Below, one piece after another: positions 8,601-16,925 of a DNA stretch of 21,737 bases (the stretch's first letter is position 1; each line of letters opens with the position of its first letter). The stretch comes from Promethearchaeia archaeon (lineage in GTDB: Archaea; Asgardarchaeota; Lokiarchaeia; Sigyniarchaeales; SOKP01), in assembly GCA_029856045.1 (NCBI GenBank), contig JAHQWG010000041.1, positions 1-21,737 on the forward strand, given 5' to 3'. The translations under genes and the position numbers were made by a program. Below the pieces are notes generated by a model. That model made no database searches. It saw only the letters and a program-made list of their open reading frames with translations, and was not told the origin of the DNA.

Positions 8601-8960
8601 CTTAAAAGCCTCATTTTTTTACAAATTTTTTTTAATAAAAGATGTATATAATTATTTTTGAATTTATCTTACTAATAAGATTTTCAATTTTCTCAGAGAG
8701 ATTTTAGTAAGAATTCACGGGGGGTTAACTTCTTGAGTTTTCTAAAGTTTAAAATTGCCTATGCTATTTCAAGTTCATTTTTTTTTATGATTAAGTATAG
8801 CTTTTATATTTAATTTATCTAGATAGACCCTTTGTCGGGATTCAATACATCTAATATAATCAATAGTTATTTTCCTTTTTAATTATGATCTAATCAAAGA
8901 CACAAAAAATTTCTCATTGGCACTATAATTTAAGTACATTTTATCATTAATTACAATTAT

Positions 8961-9917
8961 ATGAGTCCGCATATAATTAGTTTAGGCGAGTTATTAGTTG
9001 AAATAATGAGGATAAGTATAGATGTGCCTCATGGTAAAGTTGGTGCAAATTATAGAGGTCCCTTTCCAAGTGGAGCACCCACTATCTTTATCGATTCTGC
9101 TTCAAGGATGAGTAAGCCTTTTGGTTTTACTACTGGTTTTATTGGAGTTGTTGGAGATGATGAATTTGGCACTTGTATTGTTGAAAAATTAAAACTAGAT
9201 AATGTAGATATTTCACAAGTTAGAATTGAAAAGGGAAAAACAACTGGAATAGCATTTAATCAATATAATTCAGATGGTTCGAGAAAATTCATCTTCGCTG
9301 CTGGAGCTGCTGGAGAAACGACTCCTAATGATATTAAAGAAGATTATTTTAAAGGAATTAAAAATTTGCACATAATGGGTAGTGCATTATCCATTAGTAA
9401 AAAATCTAGAGACGCCTGTTATCAGGCAATAAAAATTGCACAGAAAAAAAATCCCAAAGTTGTAATATCATTTGATCCAAATTTACGCCCAGAAATGCTG
9501 GATATTAAAATTATTTTAAAAATTTGTCAACCTGTTTTAGATTCTTGTAAAATCCTTCTTCCTAGTGGTGAAGAAGCGGAAATGTTGACAGGTATAAAGG
9601 GAGAAATAAAAGCCTGCAAAAAATTATTAACATTAGGTCCTGAAATAGTTGTTTTAAAACAAGGGAGTAAGGGTTGTACAATTTTTACCAAAGAAGAAGT
9701 AATATATGTTCCAGGATTTAAAGTCGAAGAAATCGATCCAACTGGTGCTGGAGATTCATTTGGAGGTGCATTTATTGTGGGTTATTTAGCTGGTTGGGAT
9801 CTAGAAAAAGTAGCAAAATTTGCTAATGCGGTAGGGGCTTTAAAAGTAAAAAATTTTGGTCCAATGCCAAACACGACTTATGAGGAAGTTAATCAATTAA
9901 TTCTTGAAAATAAATAA
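8961..9917 (+). CDS. PfkB/ribokinase family sugar kinase
   Basis: GPFPSGAPTIF, IGVVGDDEFG, FDPNLRP, DPTGAGDSF, FANAVGAL. Confidence 0.92.
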   Translation: MSPHIISLGELLVEIMRISIDVPHGKVGANYRGPFPSGAPTIFIDSASRMSKPFGFTTGFIGVVGDDEFGTCIVEKLKLDNVDISQVRIEKGKTTGIAFNQYNSDGSRKFIFAAGAAGETTPNDIKEDYFKGIKNLHIMGSALSISKKSRDACYQAIKIAQKKNPKVVISFDPNLRPEMLDIKIILKICQPVLDSCKILLPSGEEAEMLTGIKGEIKACKKLLTLGPEIVVLKQGSKGCTIFTKEEVIYVPGFKVEEIDPTGAGDSFGGAFIVGYLAGWDLEKVAKFANAVGALKVKNFGPMPNTTYEEVNQLILENK

Positions 9918-9922
9918 AAAAA

Positions 9923-11347
9923 TCAGAATTTTTTACGTTTCTGATAATAATTAAAATAGACTGCAATTATGCTTAAAGAACTTATTATGATTAATATTGA
10001 AATATCGAACCCATCTATTATTGTAATTATTGGTTCTGTAGGTCCACCTGAACCATCTCCGTATATTGCAAACCACCAATCCCGGTTTCCATCAACATCA
10101 CCATCATCTTGAGGTTTTGGACAAGAACTTCGAGCCCAATTGCCACTGCTTATAATTAAGGTGTCATTATCAATAATACAATATTTGCAATGTTGAAAAG
10201 TAAAATCTTCTGAAGCCCATAAGCCTAGTGCAGTATTATTTTTACTTGGATCGTTCTTATCGGGTATTCCAAGAACCGTTAAATTAAATAGAGACCATCT
10301 GTTATATGCCTTTTCATAAATATTAACTGTATCATTTTCGAGTAAAAGTCGCACTTTTACCCCAGCAGCAATTCTATCGAGCATAATTCCTAATAAGTAA
10401 GGATGGGATAATGTATACACACTTAGATCAATTGAATTTTCTGCATCATTGATTAATGAAGCGACTACATCATAACAATTATCAGGAGCTGCAATACAAG
10501 AGGTAGTCATTTTTCCTGTGTAAGTTGTAGCTTGAAAGTGATTTGTATAAGTGGATAATTGAATTGAATTTGTCTTAGAATCTGATGATGCACTGCTGGG
10601 TCCAGGACCATTATAATCATCTGCAACGTTCCAATCATGATTGAAAAGACTAATATAATACCCAGCAACCTCTTCACTCTCAATCAATATTGCAGTTTCT
10701 CTATTATCCCTTAGACTGGTTGGTGAGCCATTAATTGAAGATATTAAAACCTTTTTTCCATCGACAATGACCCCTTTATTATGTAAATCAAAATATTGTG
10801 GTGAAGTGCCGTCTATTGTTTTAACTGTTATTCCTGCATTCTCCAATGCATCTGCTGTTCCTTTTACTTTTGAATCTGTGGTCTCTTTAAAAATCACACA
10901 ACAATTTACGCCACGAGCATTTGCTGCAATAATGGCATCAACTAGATCAGTTAAAGTGTTATAAATATACATAAATTCTATGTAGAGAGATTGCTGGGCA
11001 CTATCAATTAATTCAATTATTTTGGTTTCAGAATTATCTGGAGATAAAATGGGTGTAATACTCATGGTTTTATTAACAAAATCCTGCTTTGGAAATGGTT
11101 CATAGCTACTTCCATAACGATCCCAACTTGCCGCAAAGCCTAATCCATCATTCTCTGGCACATATGCATATCCATTGCTCCAATCCTCCTCAAAAAGTCC
11201 ACGGAAATAATTAATAACCTGTTGTCCAGCATTTATTTCTCCATCTTGACTTAACTCAAGTTCGGTACAAGACACAGAAGGATTAAAACATATTATTGAA
11301 GTAAAAAAAAGAAGTAATAATAAATATATATAAGATTTTTCTTTCAT
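9923..11347 (-). CDS. Secreted, membrane-anchored phospholipase D-family protein (two HKD motifs) with a Loki-CTERM-like anchor; probable start ATG at 11347 (474 aa)
   Basis: HNKGVIVD and HCKYCIID; signal peptide MKEKSYIYLLLLLFFTSIICFNPSVSC; C-terminal IDGF + TM helix + KRKKF. The 43-codon TTG extension to 11476 looks like AT-rich spacer. Confidence 0.85.
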   Translation of the reverse strand: MKEKSYIYLLLLLFFTSIICFNPSVSCTELELSQDGEINAGQQVINYFRGLFEEDWSNGYAYVPENDGLGFAASWDRYGSSYEPFPKQDFVNKTMSITPILSPDNSETKIIELIDSAQQSLYIEFMYIYNTLTDLVDAIIAANARGVNCCVIFKETTDSKVKGTADALENAGITVKTIDGTSPQYFDLHNKGVIVDGKKVLISSINGSPTSLRDNRETAILIESEEVAGYYISLFNHDWNVADDYNGPGPSSASSDSKTNSIQLSTYTNHFQATTYTGKMTTSCIAAPDNCYDVVASLINDAENSIDLSVYTLSHPYLLGIMLDRIAAGVKVRLLLENDTVNIYEKAYNRWSLFNLTVLGIPDKNDPSKNNTALGLWASEDFTFQHCKYCIIDNDTLIISSGNWARSSCPKPQDDGDVDGNRDWWFAIYGDGSGGPTEPIITIIDGFDISILIIISSLSIIAVYFNYYQKRKKF

Positions 11348-11613
11348 ATTAGTTTCGCACAATTTTATTTTTAAATTGATTGGTAATGAAGTACTTTCCT
11401 TATTTATCTTTAAAATTACTGATATAAAAACTAAATCTAAAAAAATATAATAATCAGCTAATAATTTTGAATTCAAATTTGGTTTTAATAAAATACGCGA
11501 AAGATTACTTCAACTAGATTTTAAATGTGTAATTAAAGAAATATAAGTAAAGGAATTTTGATACTATATAATTGAGATTTATTTAACTAAAGTTTGAGTG
11601 AGTTTGATAAATC

Positions 11614-12243
11614 ATGGGAGGAAATAATAGTAGCAGAGTTGAATATTTAATAGAAGGGTTATGGATTCTAGAAAATCTATCTGGAATATGTCTTTTTGAA
11701 GAAATTTATAGTGATTTTACTAAGGAAGGAATCTCAACCGATTTGATTACAAGTTTTTTATCGGCATTATTAAGTTTTGCAAACGAAGCTTTCACAGATG
11801 CAATACAACATATTCAATTATCAAGCCGTAAAATTTTGTTTGAATTAACTAAAAATGTATTATTTGTTGCAGCTATAAACGCAAAAGCACCTGCTGCTGA
11901 TGCTGAAATTAAATACGCAATTCGAAAAATTGCTAAAGTATTTAATAAAAAATTTAAATCTTCTTTTAAAGATGGGAGTTGTGGTGGGAAAGTTAGTGTT
12001 TTTAATTCATTCTCAGATGATTTAAGAAAAATCGTGAAAAAGGAGCCTTTAACACTAAAATTTTTAACTGTCGAGCAAGCTATAAATAAATATCAAAAAC
12101 AAATGTTAAAAACAACTCAAGGGTATTCTAAAAAAATACAAGATTTTCAAAAAACACAAACGAATATGACAAAAGATTATATGAAGGAAGCGCGAGAACA
12201 TATGCTTTTGAGAAAAAAAGAGAAAAGAAAAAAGAAACTTTAA
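11614..12243 (+). CDS. Longin-like domain protein with a basic coiled-coil C-terminal tail
   Basis: IEGLWIL..SGICLF...DLITSFLSALLSFANE...IQHIQL..RKILF...LFV...IRKIAKVFNKKF...FNSFSDDLRKIV matches the Asgard longin-like pattern; tail ends RKKEKRKKKL. Confidence 0.72.
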   Translation: MGGNNSSRVEYLIEGLWILENLSGICLFEEIYSDFTKEGISTDLITSFLSALLSFANEAFTDAIQHIQLSSRKILFELTKNVLFVAAINAKAPAADAEIKYAIRKIAKVFNKKFKSSFKDGSCGGKVSVFNSFSDDLRKIVKKEPLTLKFLTVEQAINKYQKQMLKTTQGYSKKIQDFQKTQTNMTKDYMKEAREHMLLRKKEKRKKKL

Positions 12244-12680
12244 ACTAAATTATCAATGAATTTTATTTTAACAACGGATGATAACTCATCTAATACTTGA
12301 CCGATTTCTTCTTCTTTTTTCATATAAACTGGTATGATACGTATTTTTCCAATTGCCAGAGAATAACAATCGGCAATAGAAATTGGAAATTTGCACTTCA
12401 AATGAAATGCCTCATCTCTCAATTCGCTTTCGGAATAAATTATAAAATCTTTTAAGAATTCTGATACAAATTCTTTTGCATTCTGATACCCACTTTTACG
12501 GCAAAAAATATATTTCAGTTCCATATCAACTAGAGGACTTATATAAAATGTCTTAAATTGAGGGTTTTCTAGAATTTCGTGAAAAAATGCTTTACCTAAT
12601 GTTGAATCCTCAAGAACTTCAATTAAAACTCCAGTATCAACTGCGATTGAAGTGATTTGTGAGTCTTTTTTCTCGTTCAT
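12240..12680 (-). CDS. vapC: PIN-domain ribonuclease toxin (VapC family)
   Basis: VDTGVLIE, ELKY and ISIADCYSLA acidic PIN residues; overlaps the upstream antitoxin by 44 nt. Confidence 0.85.
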   Translation of the reverse strand: MNEKKDSQITSIAVDTGVLIEVLEDSTLGKAFFHEILENPQFKTFYISPLVDMELKYIFCRKSGYQNAKEFVSEFLKDFIIYSESELRDEAFHLKCKFPISIADCYSLAIGKIRIIPVYMKKEEEIGQVLDELSSVVKIKFIDNLV

Positions 12681-12918
12681 TATCTTCTTTCCTCAATTCT
12701 TTAAGCAATACTTTACCTTCGCCAGGCTTAAGTATACCTTGATATTTTTTAATATTTTTAAGAAAATCCACTTTATTTACTTCAGTTTTTCGTTCTTCTA
12801 ACAAATAATTAATAATCTCATCGTATGTAACCCTCCGCCCCCACATCTTTTCGAGTTGATTCATAACGATAAATAATTTTTTCTTAGTTTCTTCAGAAAT
12901 TTGAATTGTAGTTGCCAT
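12637..12918 (-). CDS. Antitoxin, archaeal VapB-like ribbon-helix-helix protein
   Basis: MATTIQISEETKKKL...VTYDEIINYLL RHH-like N-terminus, directly upstream of and overlapping the PIN gene. Confidence 0.78.
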   Translation of the reverse strand: MATTIQISEETKKKLFIVMNQLEKMWGRRVTYDEIINYLLEERKTEVNKVDFLKNIKKYQGILKPGEGKVLLKELRKEDNEREKRLTNHFNRS

Positions 12919-12930
12919 TTTTAATTTAAC

Positions 12931-12970
12931 CTATAATCACTATAATGATTATAATTACTATAGATTATAA
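12931..12970. promoter_or_regulatory. Putative autoregulatory operator/promoter of the vapBC pair
   Basis: 9-bp tandem units CTATAATCA/CTATAATGA/TTATAATTA/CTATAGATT (12931-12966) containing the inverted repeat TATAATCA-N6-TGATTATA (12932-12953), starting 12 nt upstream of the antitoxin ATG. Confidence 0.55.
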
Positions 12971-13025
12971 ATTTTATTCTCATCATCTTAAAAATTTTAA
13001 ATTTCTCAAATTACAAAAGATACAA

Positions 13026-13928
13026 TTAAAAAAAATATGTAAAAAATATTGAATAAAGGGAAGGAAATTGAATAAATGGGATAAAATGAATGAGACTTAA
13101 TAAATAATACATAAAAAGTGCCCCAATTGTGAGAATAAAAATAATATCCTTCTTTTTAAAAGGAATTTCTATTAGATTTGTTCGAGTTTTGTATAAACCA
13201 AAACATCTATTTTCCATTGATATGGATGTGATATCTCCTTTTCTTAATATTGAGACCAGAATTGTGATGAGCCTTTCTTTTATAAAATTATAAGCTTTTT
13301 TAACTGTATTAGCCTTTTCCCTCCCAAATCCTCTAGCTCTTTGAGCAAGTCCAATTGTTCTTGCTTCTTGTTGGATTAGGGGGATATATTTAAGTCCAAC
13401 CATAAAAGCAAAACTATATTTATAGGAGACCCCGGTTTTCATCAATGCATAGACAAAATCCTTCATGGAAGTTGTATGGGTAAAAATTATTGCAGATAAG
13501 AATAAGATAAGGATCCATAATGCGTTTCTTAATGCATAGTAAACGGCCAATCTTCTAATCGGTAAAAAAGTAAGATTAAATAAATAGAATAAGATTTGAG
13601 ATTCTTCATTGGGGATTGCGTTAAAGAAGATATTTAAGATTATAGAAAAGAGACTTAATATTAGAATCCATTTAAATTTATAAAAAAGAGATTTAATTGA
13701 CATTTTGCTTGACAGCGCTAAAAAAAAGGTTAATAAAAAAACGATTGAAAGAAAAGTCAGACTCTCGATTGAGAATACAAAAATCGTAAATAATATCAAG
13801 AAAAACAATTTGCTTATGGGATTTAATTTATGCAAGAAAGAATTATTTGGAACATAGGAAAAGAAATCCCTTGTCTTATCTAAATTGAATTGTTTCCTTT
13901 TAATTTTTTGTTTTTTGTATTTAGTCAT
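13026..13928 (-). CDS. ecfT: ECF transporter transmembrane T component
   Basis: SFLHKLNPISKL, TT..DFVYAL, KYIPLIQQEARTIGLAQRARG and SMENRCF (the two ARG-like coupling motifs). Confidence 0.92.
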   Translation of the reverse strand: MTKYKKQKIKRKQFNLDKTRDFFSYVPNNSFLHKLNPISKLFFLILFTIFVFSIESLTFLSIVFLLTFFLALSSKMSIKSLFYKFKWILILSLFSIILNIFFNAIPNEESQILFYLFNLTFLPIRRLAVYYALRNALWILILFLSAIIFTHTTSMKDFVYALMKTGVSYKYSFAFMVGLKYIPLIQQEARTIGLAQRARGFGREKANTVKKAYNFIKERLITILVSILRKGDITSISMENRCFGLYKTRTNLIEIPFKKKDIIFILTIGALFMYYLLSLIHFIPFIQFPSLYSIFFTYFF

Positions 13929-13934
13929 ATCTTT

Positions 13935-15626
13935 TTAGATTTTACCTAACTTTTTATTTATAATATTTAATAAAGAAATTGGCCCTAAACTTTGGTATTT
14001 TTGGAAGTATGAATAATTTTCTTCATATTCTATTAAATTACCGTTATCTAACTCAATTATTTTATCCACATGATTTAGAAGTAAATGATAATCATGTGAA
14101 GATATAATAATTGTTTTGCCTTTTTGCTGCTCCTGATAAAGTATATTAATTAATTCATCTATTGTTTTTTGATCTTGACCTATGAATGGCTCATCTAATA
14201 AAATAATTTCAGGATCATAAATAAAAATTGAAGATAAGTTTAACCTTCTTTTCTGACCCCAACTAAGGTTAAATGGATTTCGATCATATTCAACATTTCC
14301 AACCATTCTCATTAATTGATTTAAATTCTCTTCATCAAATTGATTTAGGAGATTAAAATTTTTTGGGGCATATAGAATTTCATCTCTTATTGTATTTTTA
14401 AATAGCATATTTTCGGGATTTTGAAATATGAATCCTATCTTTTCAGCATATTCATAAAAATCAATTTCCAAAAGATTTCTTCCTTTATAATATACTTTCC
14501 CCTTAGATGGATTATATAATCCAGCTAATAGGTAAAGTAATGTTGTCTTCCCGCAACCATTATGACCAACTAATCCAATAAAATCTCCTTTATAGATTTT
14601 TAATGAAATATTGTTTAAAGCCATTCTATTAAGTTTAGGGTATTTAAATGAGGCATTCTTAAGTTCTAAAAGAATCTCACCTTCCATTCCGTCAGAATAT
14701 TCTTTATGGTTCATAAAATTTTCATAGAGTCTATTTTTCAATAATTCCAGATTCCTATTCGTTTCTTTATTAATTATTTCAATAGCAGTATCAAAAAACA
14801 ACGGAATTTCACGTTTTGGTGTTTCCAAGGCAGAAATAAAAAGATCTGGAATCCAAGGGATTCTTAGATTACAAGATTTTAAATCATTGAAGTGGTTTCG
14901 AAATAGATTATTAATTGAACCTTTAAGTGCAATTTCTCCATTATGATTTAATACTAACAAATAATCAGCAATATCTAATACCTTAGATAATCTATGCTCA
15001 ACAATTATTATAGATAAATCCAATTCTTTATCTTGATAGAGCTTTTTTAATCGATTCAATAATAAAGTGGAAGATTTTTGGTCCAAAAAGGCAAATGGTT
15101 CATCTAAAATTAAAATTTTAGGTTTCATTACCAAGTAGGAACAGATTACAACGATTTGCTTCTCTCCTCCACTTAAATCATCAATATCTCGATCAATTAA
15201 ATGCTCAATATTCATAAACTCTACTATATCATCTACTCTTTCGATTATTTCCTCCTTCGGAAGATTTAAATTCTCTAATCCAAATGAGATTTCATCTCTT
15301 ACAGTAAATGTCACTAATTGTTCATCTGGGTTTTGTTTAACTAATCCCACTTTTTTTGATAATTCAGCTAAACTTTGATCCCAAACACTTAAACCGAAAA
15401 CTTTTACATCTCCCTTCATATATCCAATTTGTCTAAAAGGAATAATTCCATTTAGAGCATTGCATATCGTGGATTTTCCACTTCCACTACTCCCCGCAAG
15501 AATTAGAGTTTTTCCTTTTTCTAGTTTAAAAGAAATATTTTTTACTGCAGGTCTAACATGATTATCATTTCCATATATAAACGTAAATCCATCAAATTCC
15601 AAGGCAAAATTGTTTTGTTTGTACAT
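13935..15626 (-). CDS. ecfA: ECF transporter fused double ATPase (A-A')
   Basis: GSSGSGKST / QNPDEQ / LSGGEKQ / LDEP / EH and GHNGCGKTT / FQNPE / LSWGQKRR / LDEP / SH. Confidence 0.93.
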   Translation of the reverse strand: MYKQNNFALEFDGFTFIYGNDNHVRPAVKNISFKLEKGKTLILAGSSGSGKSTICNALNGIIPFRQIGYMKGDVKVFGLSVWDQSLAELSKKVGLVKQNPDEQLVTFTVRDEISFGLENLNLPKEEIIERVDDIVEFMNIEHLIDRDIDDLSGGEKQIVVICSYLVMKPKILILDEPFAFLDQKSSTLLLNRLKKLYQDKELDLSIIIVEHRLSKVLDIADYLLVLNHNGEIALKGSINNLFRNHFNDLKSCNLRIPWIPDLFISALETPKREIPLFFDTAIEIINKETNRNLELLKNRLYENFMNHKEYSDGMEGEILLELKNASFKYPKLNRMALNNISLKIYKGDFIGLVGHNGCGKTTLLYLLAGLYNPSKGKVYYKGRNLLEIDFYEYAEKIGFIFQNPENMLFKNTIRDEILYAPKNFNLLNQFDEENLNQLMRMVGNVEYDRNPFNLSWGQKRRLNLSSIFIYDPEIILLDEPFIGQDQKTIDELINILYQEQQKGKTIIISSHDYHLLLNHVDKIIELDNGNLIEYEENYSYFQKYQSLGPISLLNIINKKLGKI

Positions 15627-15642
15627 ATCTCTTTCAAAATTG

Positions 15643-16320
15643 TTAACTTTTATCTAAATTTGTAATCTCATTTGTTTTTACAGTAAAAATGGCTTGAGCT
15701 GCAATAGGTACACCTGCTTTTATTAAGTAGTTTTTAATAACTTTCCCTAATAAACCAGCTATAAACACACCTGATAAAAATGCAAAAATCATTGCTAATA
15801 TGAATAAAGATATATGAAGAGTAAATAATTTTCCCGAAATATACCAAAAAACGGGAACTTGAGTTATATTTCCAATTCCACCTGCAATCCCCCAACCTAA
15901 TTTTGAATCTCCTTCATTAAGGTGTTCCATAATAAAGAAACCTACAAGTAATGAAGCACCTTCTAATAAATTTATTCCTATAATAATAATTCCATAAGAA
16001 CCAGTTATGAGAAATTCGAGTATTCCTTTTGTAAACATAGAGATAAGAATCCCAGGTTTATTTCTTGTTAAACCATAAAAAATCGCAACCCAAATAATAT
16101 GATGTGCAGATGCTAATTGTGTTCCGCCCGTAAGAGGGTACCACACTTTTATTAATAAATCAAAGGGTATAACACTTGAAATGATTCCTCCAAGAGTCCC
16201 AAAAATTGTTGCATAAAGTAAAGTTCTAATTGAAATTCCAAATCTGCTTTTTTCAATTTCTAAATTTTCTACTCCAGTCCTTTTAAATTCTTCTTTTGTG
16301 TCTTCAAGATTTTTTTCCAT
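15643..16320 (-). CDS. ECF transporter S component (dedicated, group I; YkoE-like fold)
   Basis: About 6 TM helices with the pattern HHIIW..., KPG..., KGILE..., G...LLEG; adjacent to ecfA and ecfT. Confidence 0.75.
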   Translation of the reverse strand: MEKNLEDTKEEFKRTGVENLEIEKSRFGISIRTLLYATIFGTLGGIISSVIPFDLLIKVWYPLTGGTQLASAHHIIWVAIFYGLTRNKPGILISMFTKGILEFLITGSYGIIIIGINLLEGASLLVGFFIMEHLNEGDSKLGWGIAGGIGNITQVPVFWYISGKLFTLHISLFILAMIFAFLSGVFIAGLLGKVIKNYLIKAGVPIAAQAIFTVKTNEITNLDKS

Positions 16321-16341
16321 AGAGCAAAATCACCATTAATT

Positions 16342-16914
16342 TTAATATACCCTAATTGCAACTGTATGTTTTGCAGTATATATGGTATTCCAATCTGGAA
16401 ATAAACTTCTATTCACTATTCCTTCTATCGGACCTCTATCCGGTTCCCCTCCCATGGGCATCCCGTTCCTCTCATAAGCTAGCAAAACCAATTCAGGATT
16501 TTGTTCAACTACCGAAAAGAGGATATTTCTACTAACATATAAATCGCTCGCTTCAAATCGAAATCTTGTGGAATTGGGATTTAAGCAATTTTCTTTATTA
16601 AAAATGTCCCATATAACCGCCCCAGAATAATTATCAACCCAAGTATTCCCAAAATCATTAATAAAATAAAATCTATGATTTATTACTTGTTGATAATTGG
16701 ATTTTAACTGAGTTAATGTGATATTGACTTCTCGTTTTACATTTCCGTATATTTTAATTGAAATTTCAGTATTACCATTTATTTGTTGTTCTATAAATTG
16801 CAAATTATAGATTGTTAGTCCAATTGATGCACTTATAACTATTCCAAATAATATAAAAATAGAAAGATTCCTTTTTGATAAAAAGTCTCTAATTTTATGT
16901 TTTGAATTATTCAT
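16342..16914 (-). CDS. Membrane-anchored molybdopterin-oxidoreductase (sulfite oxidase/MsrP-like) fold protein
   Basis: N-terminal TM; IKIYGNV..ITLTQL; YSGAVIWDIF; RFEASDLY; LLAYERNG; RGPIEGIV; AKHTVAIRV. Confidence 0.7.
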   Translation of the reverse strand: MNNSKHKIRDFLSKRNLSIFILFGIVISASIGLTIYNLQFIEQQINGNTEISIKIYGNVKREVNITLTQLKSNYQQVINHRFYFINDFGNTWVDNYSGAVIWDIFNKENCLNPNSTRFRFEASDLYVSRNILFSVVEQNPELVLLAYERNGMPMGGEPDRGPIEGIVNRSLFPDWNTIYTAKHTVAIRVY

Positions 16915-16925
16915 TTTGTAAATAA

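Noticed and set aside
8666-8712. Inverted repeat TCTTACTAA...TTAGTAAGA in the GTPase/kinase divergent spacer
   Set aside because: 9-bp AT-rich arms with a 28-nt gap are plausible by chance; no second copy seen. Could be an operator but unsupported.
6818-10964. ORFs 6818..7135 (+) and 10767..10964 (+)
   Set aside because: Antisense shadows of the threonine synthase and PLD genes.
11348-11476. 43-codon N-terminal extension of the PLD ORF
   Set aside because: AT-rich spacer-like sequence; the ATG at 11347 directly precedes a good signal peptide.
9923-12639. TGA stops of the PLD and antitoxin genes as selenocysteine codons
   Set aside because: Both fall at natural protein ends (after the basic anchor tail; inside the toxin overlap); no SECIS-like hairpin recognised.
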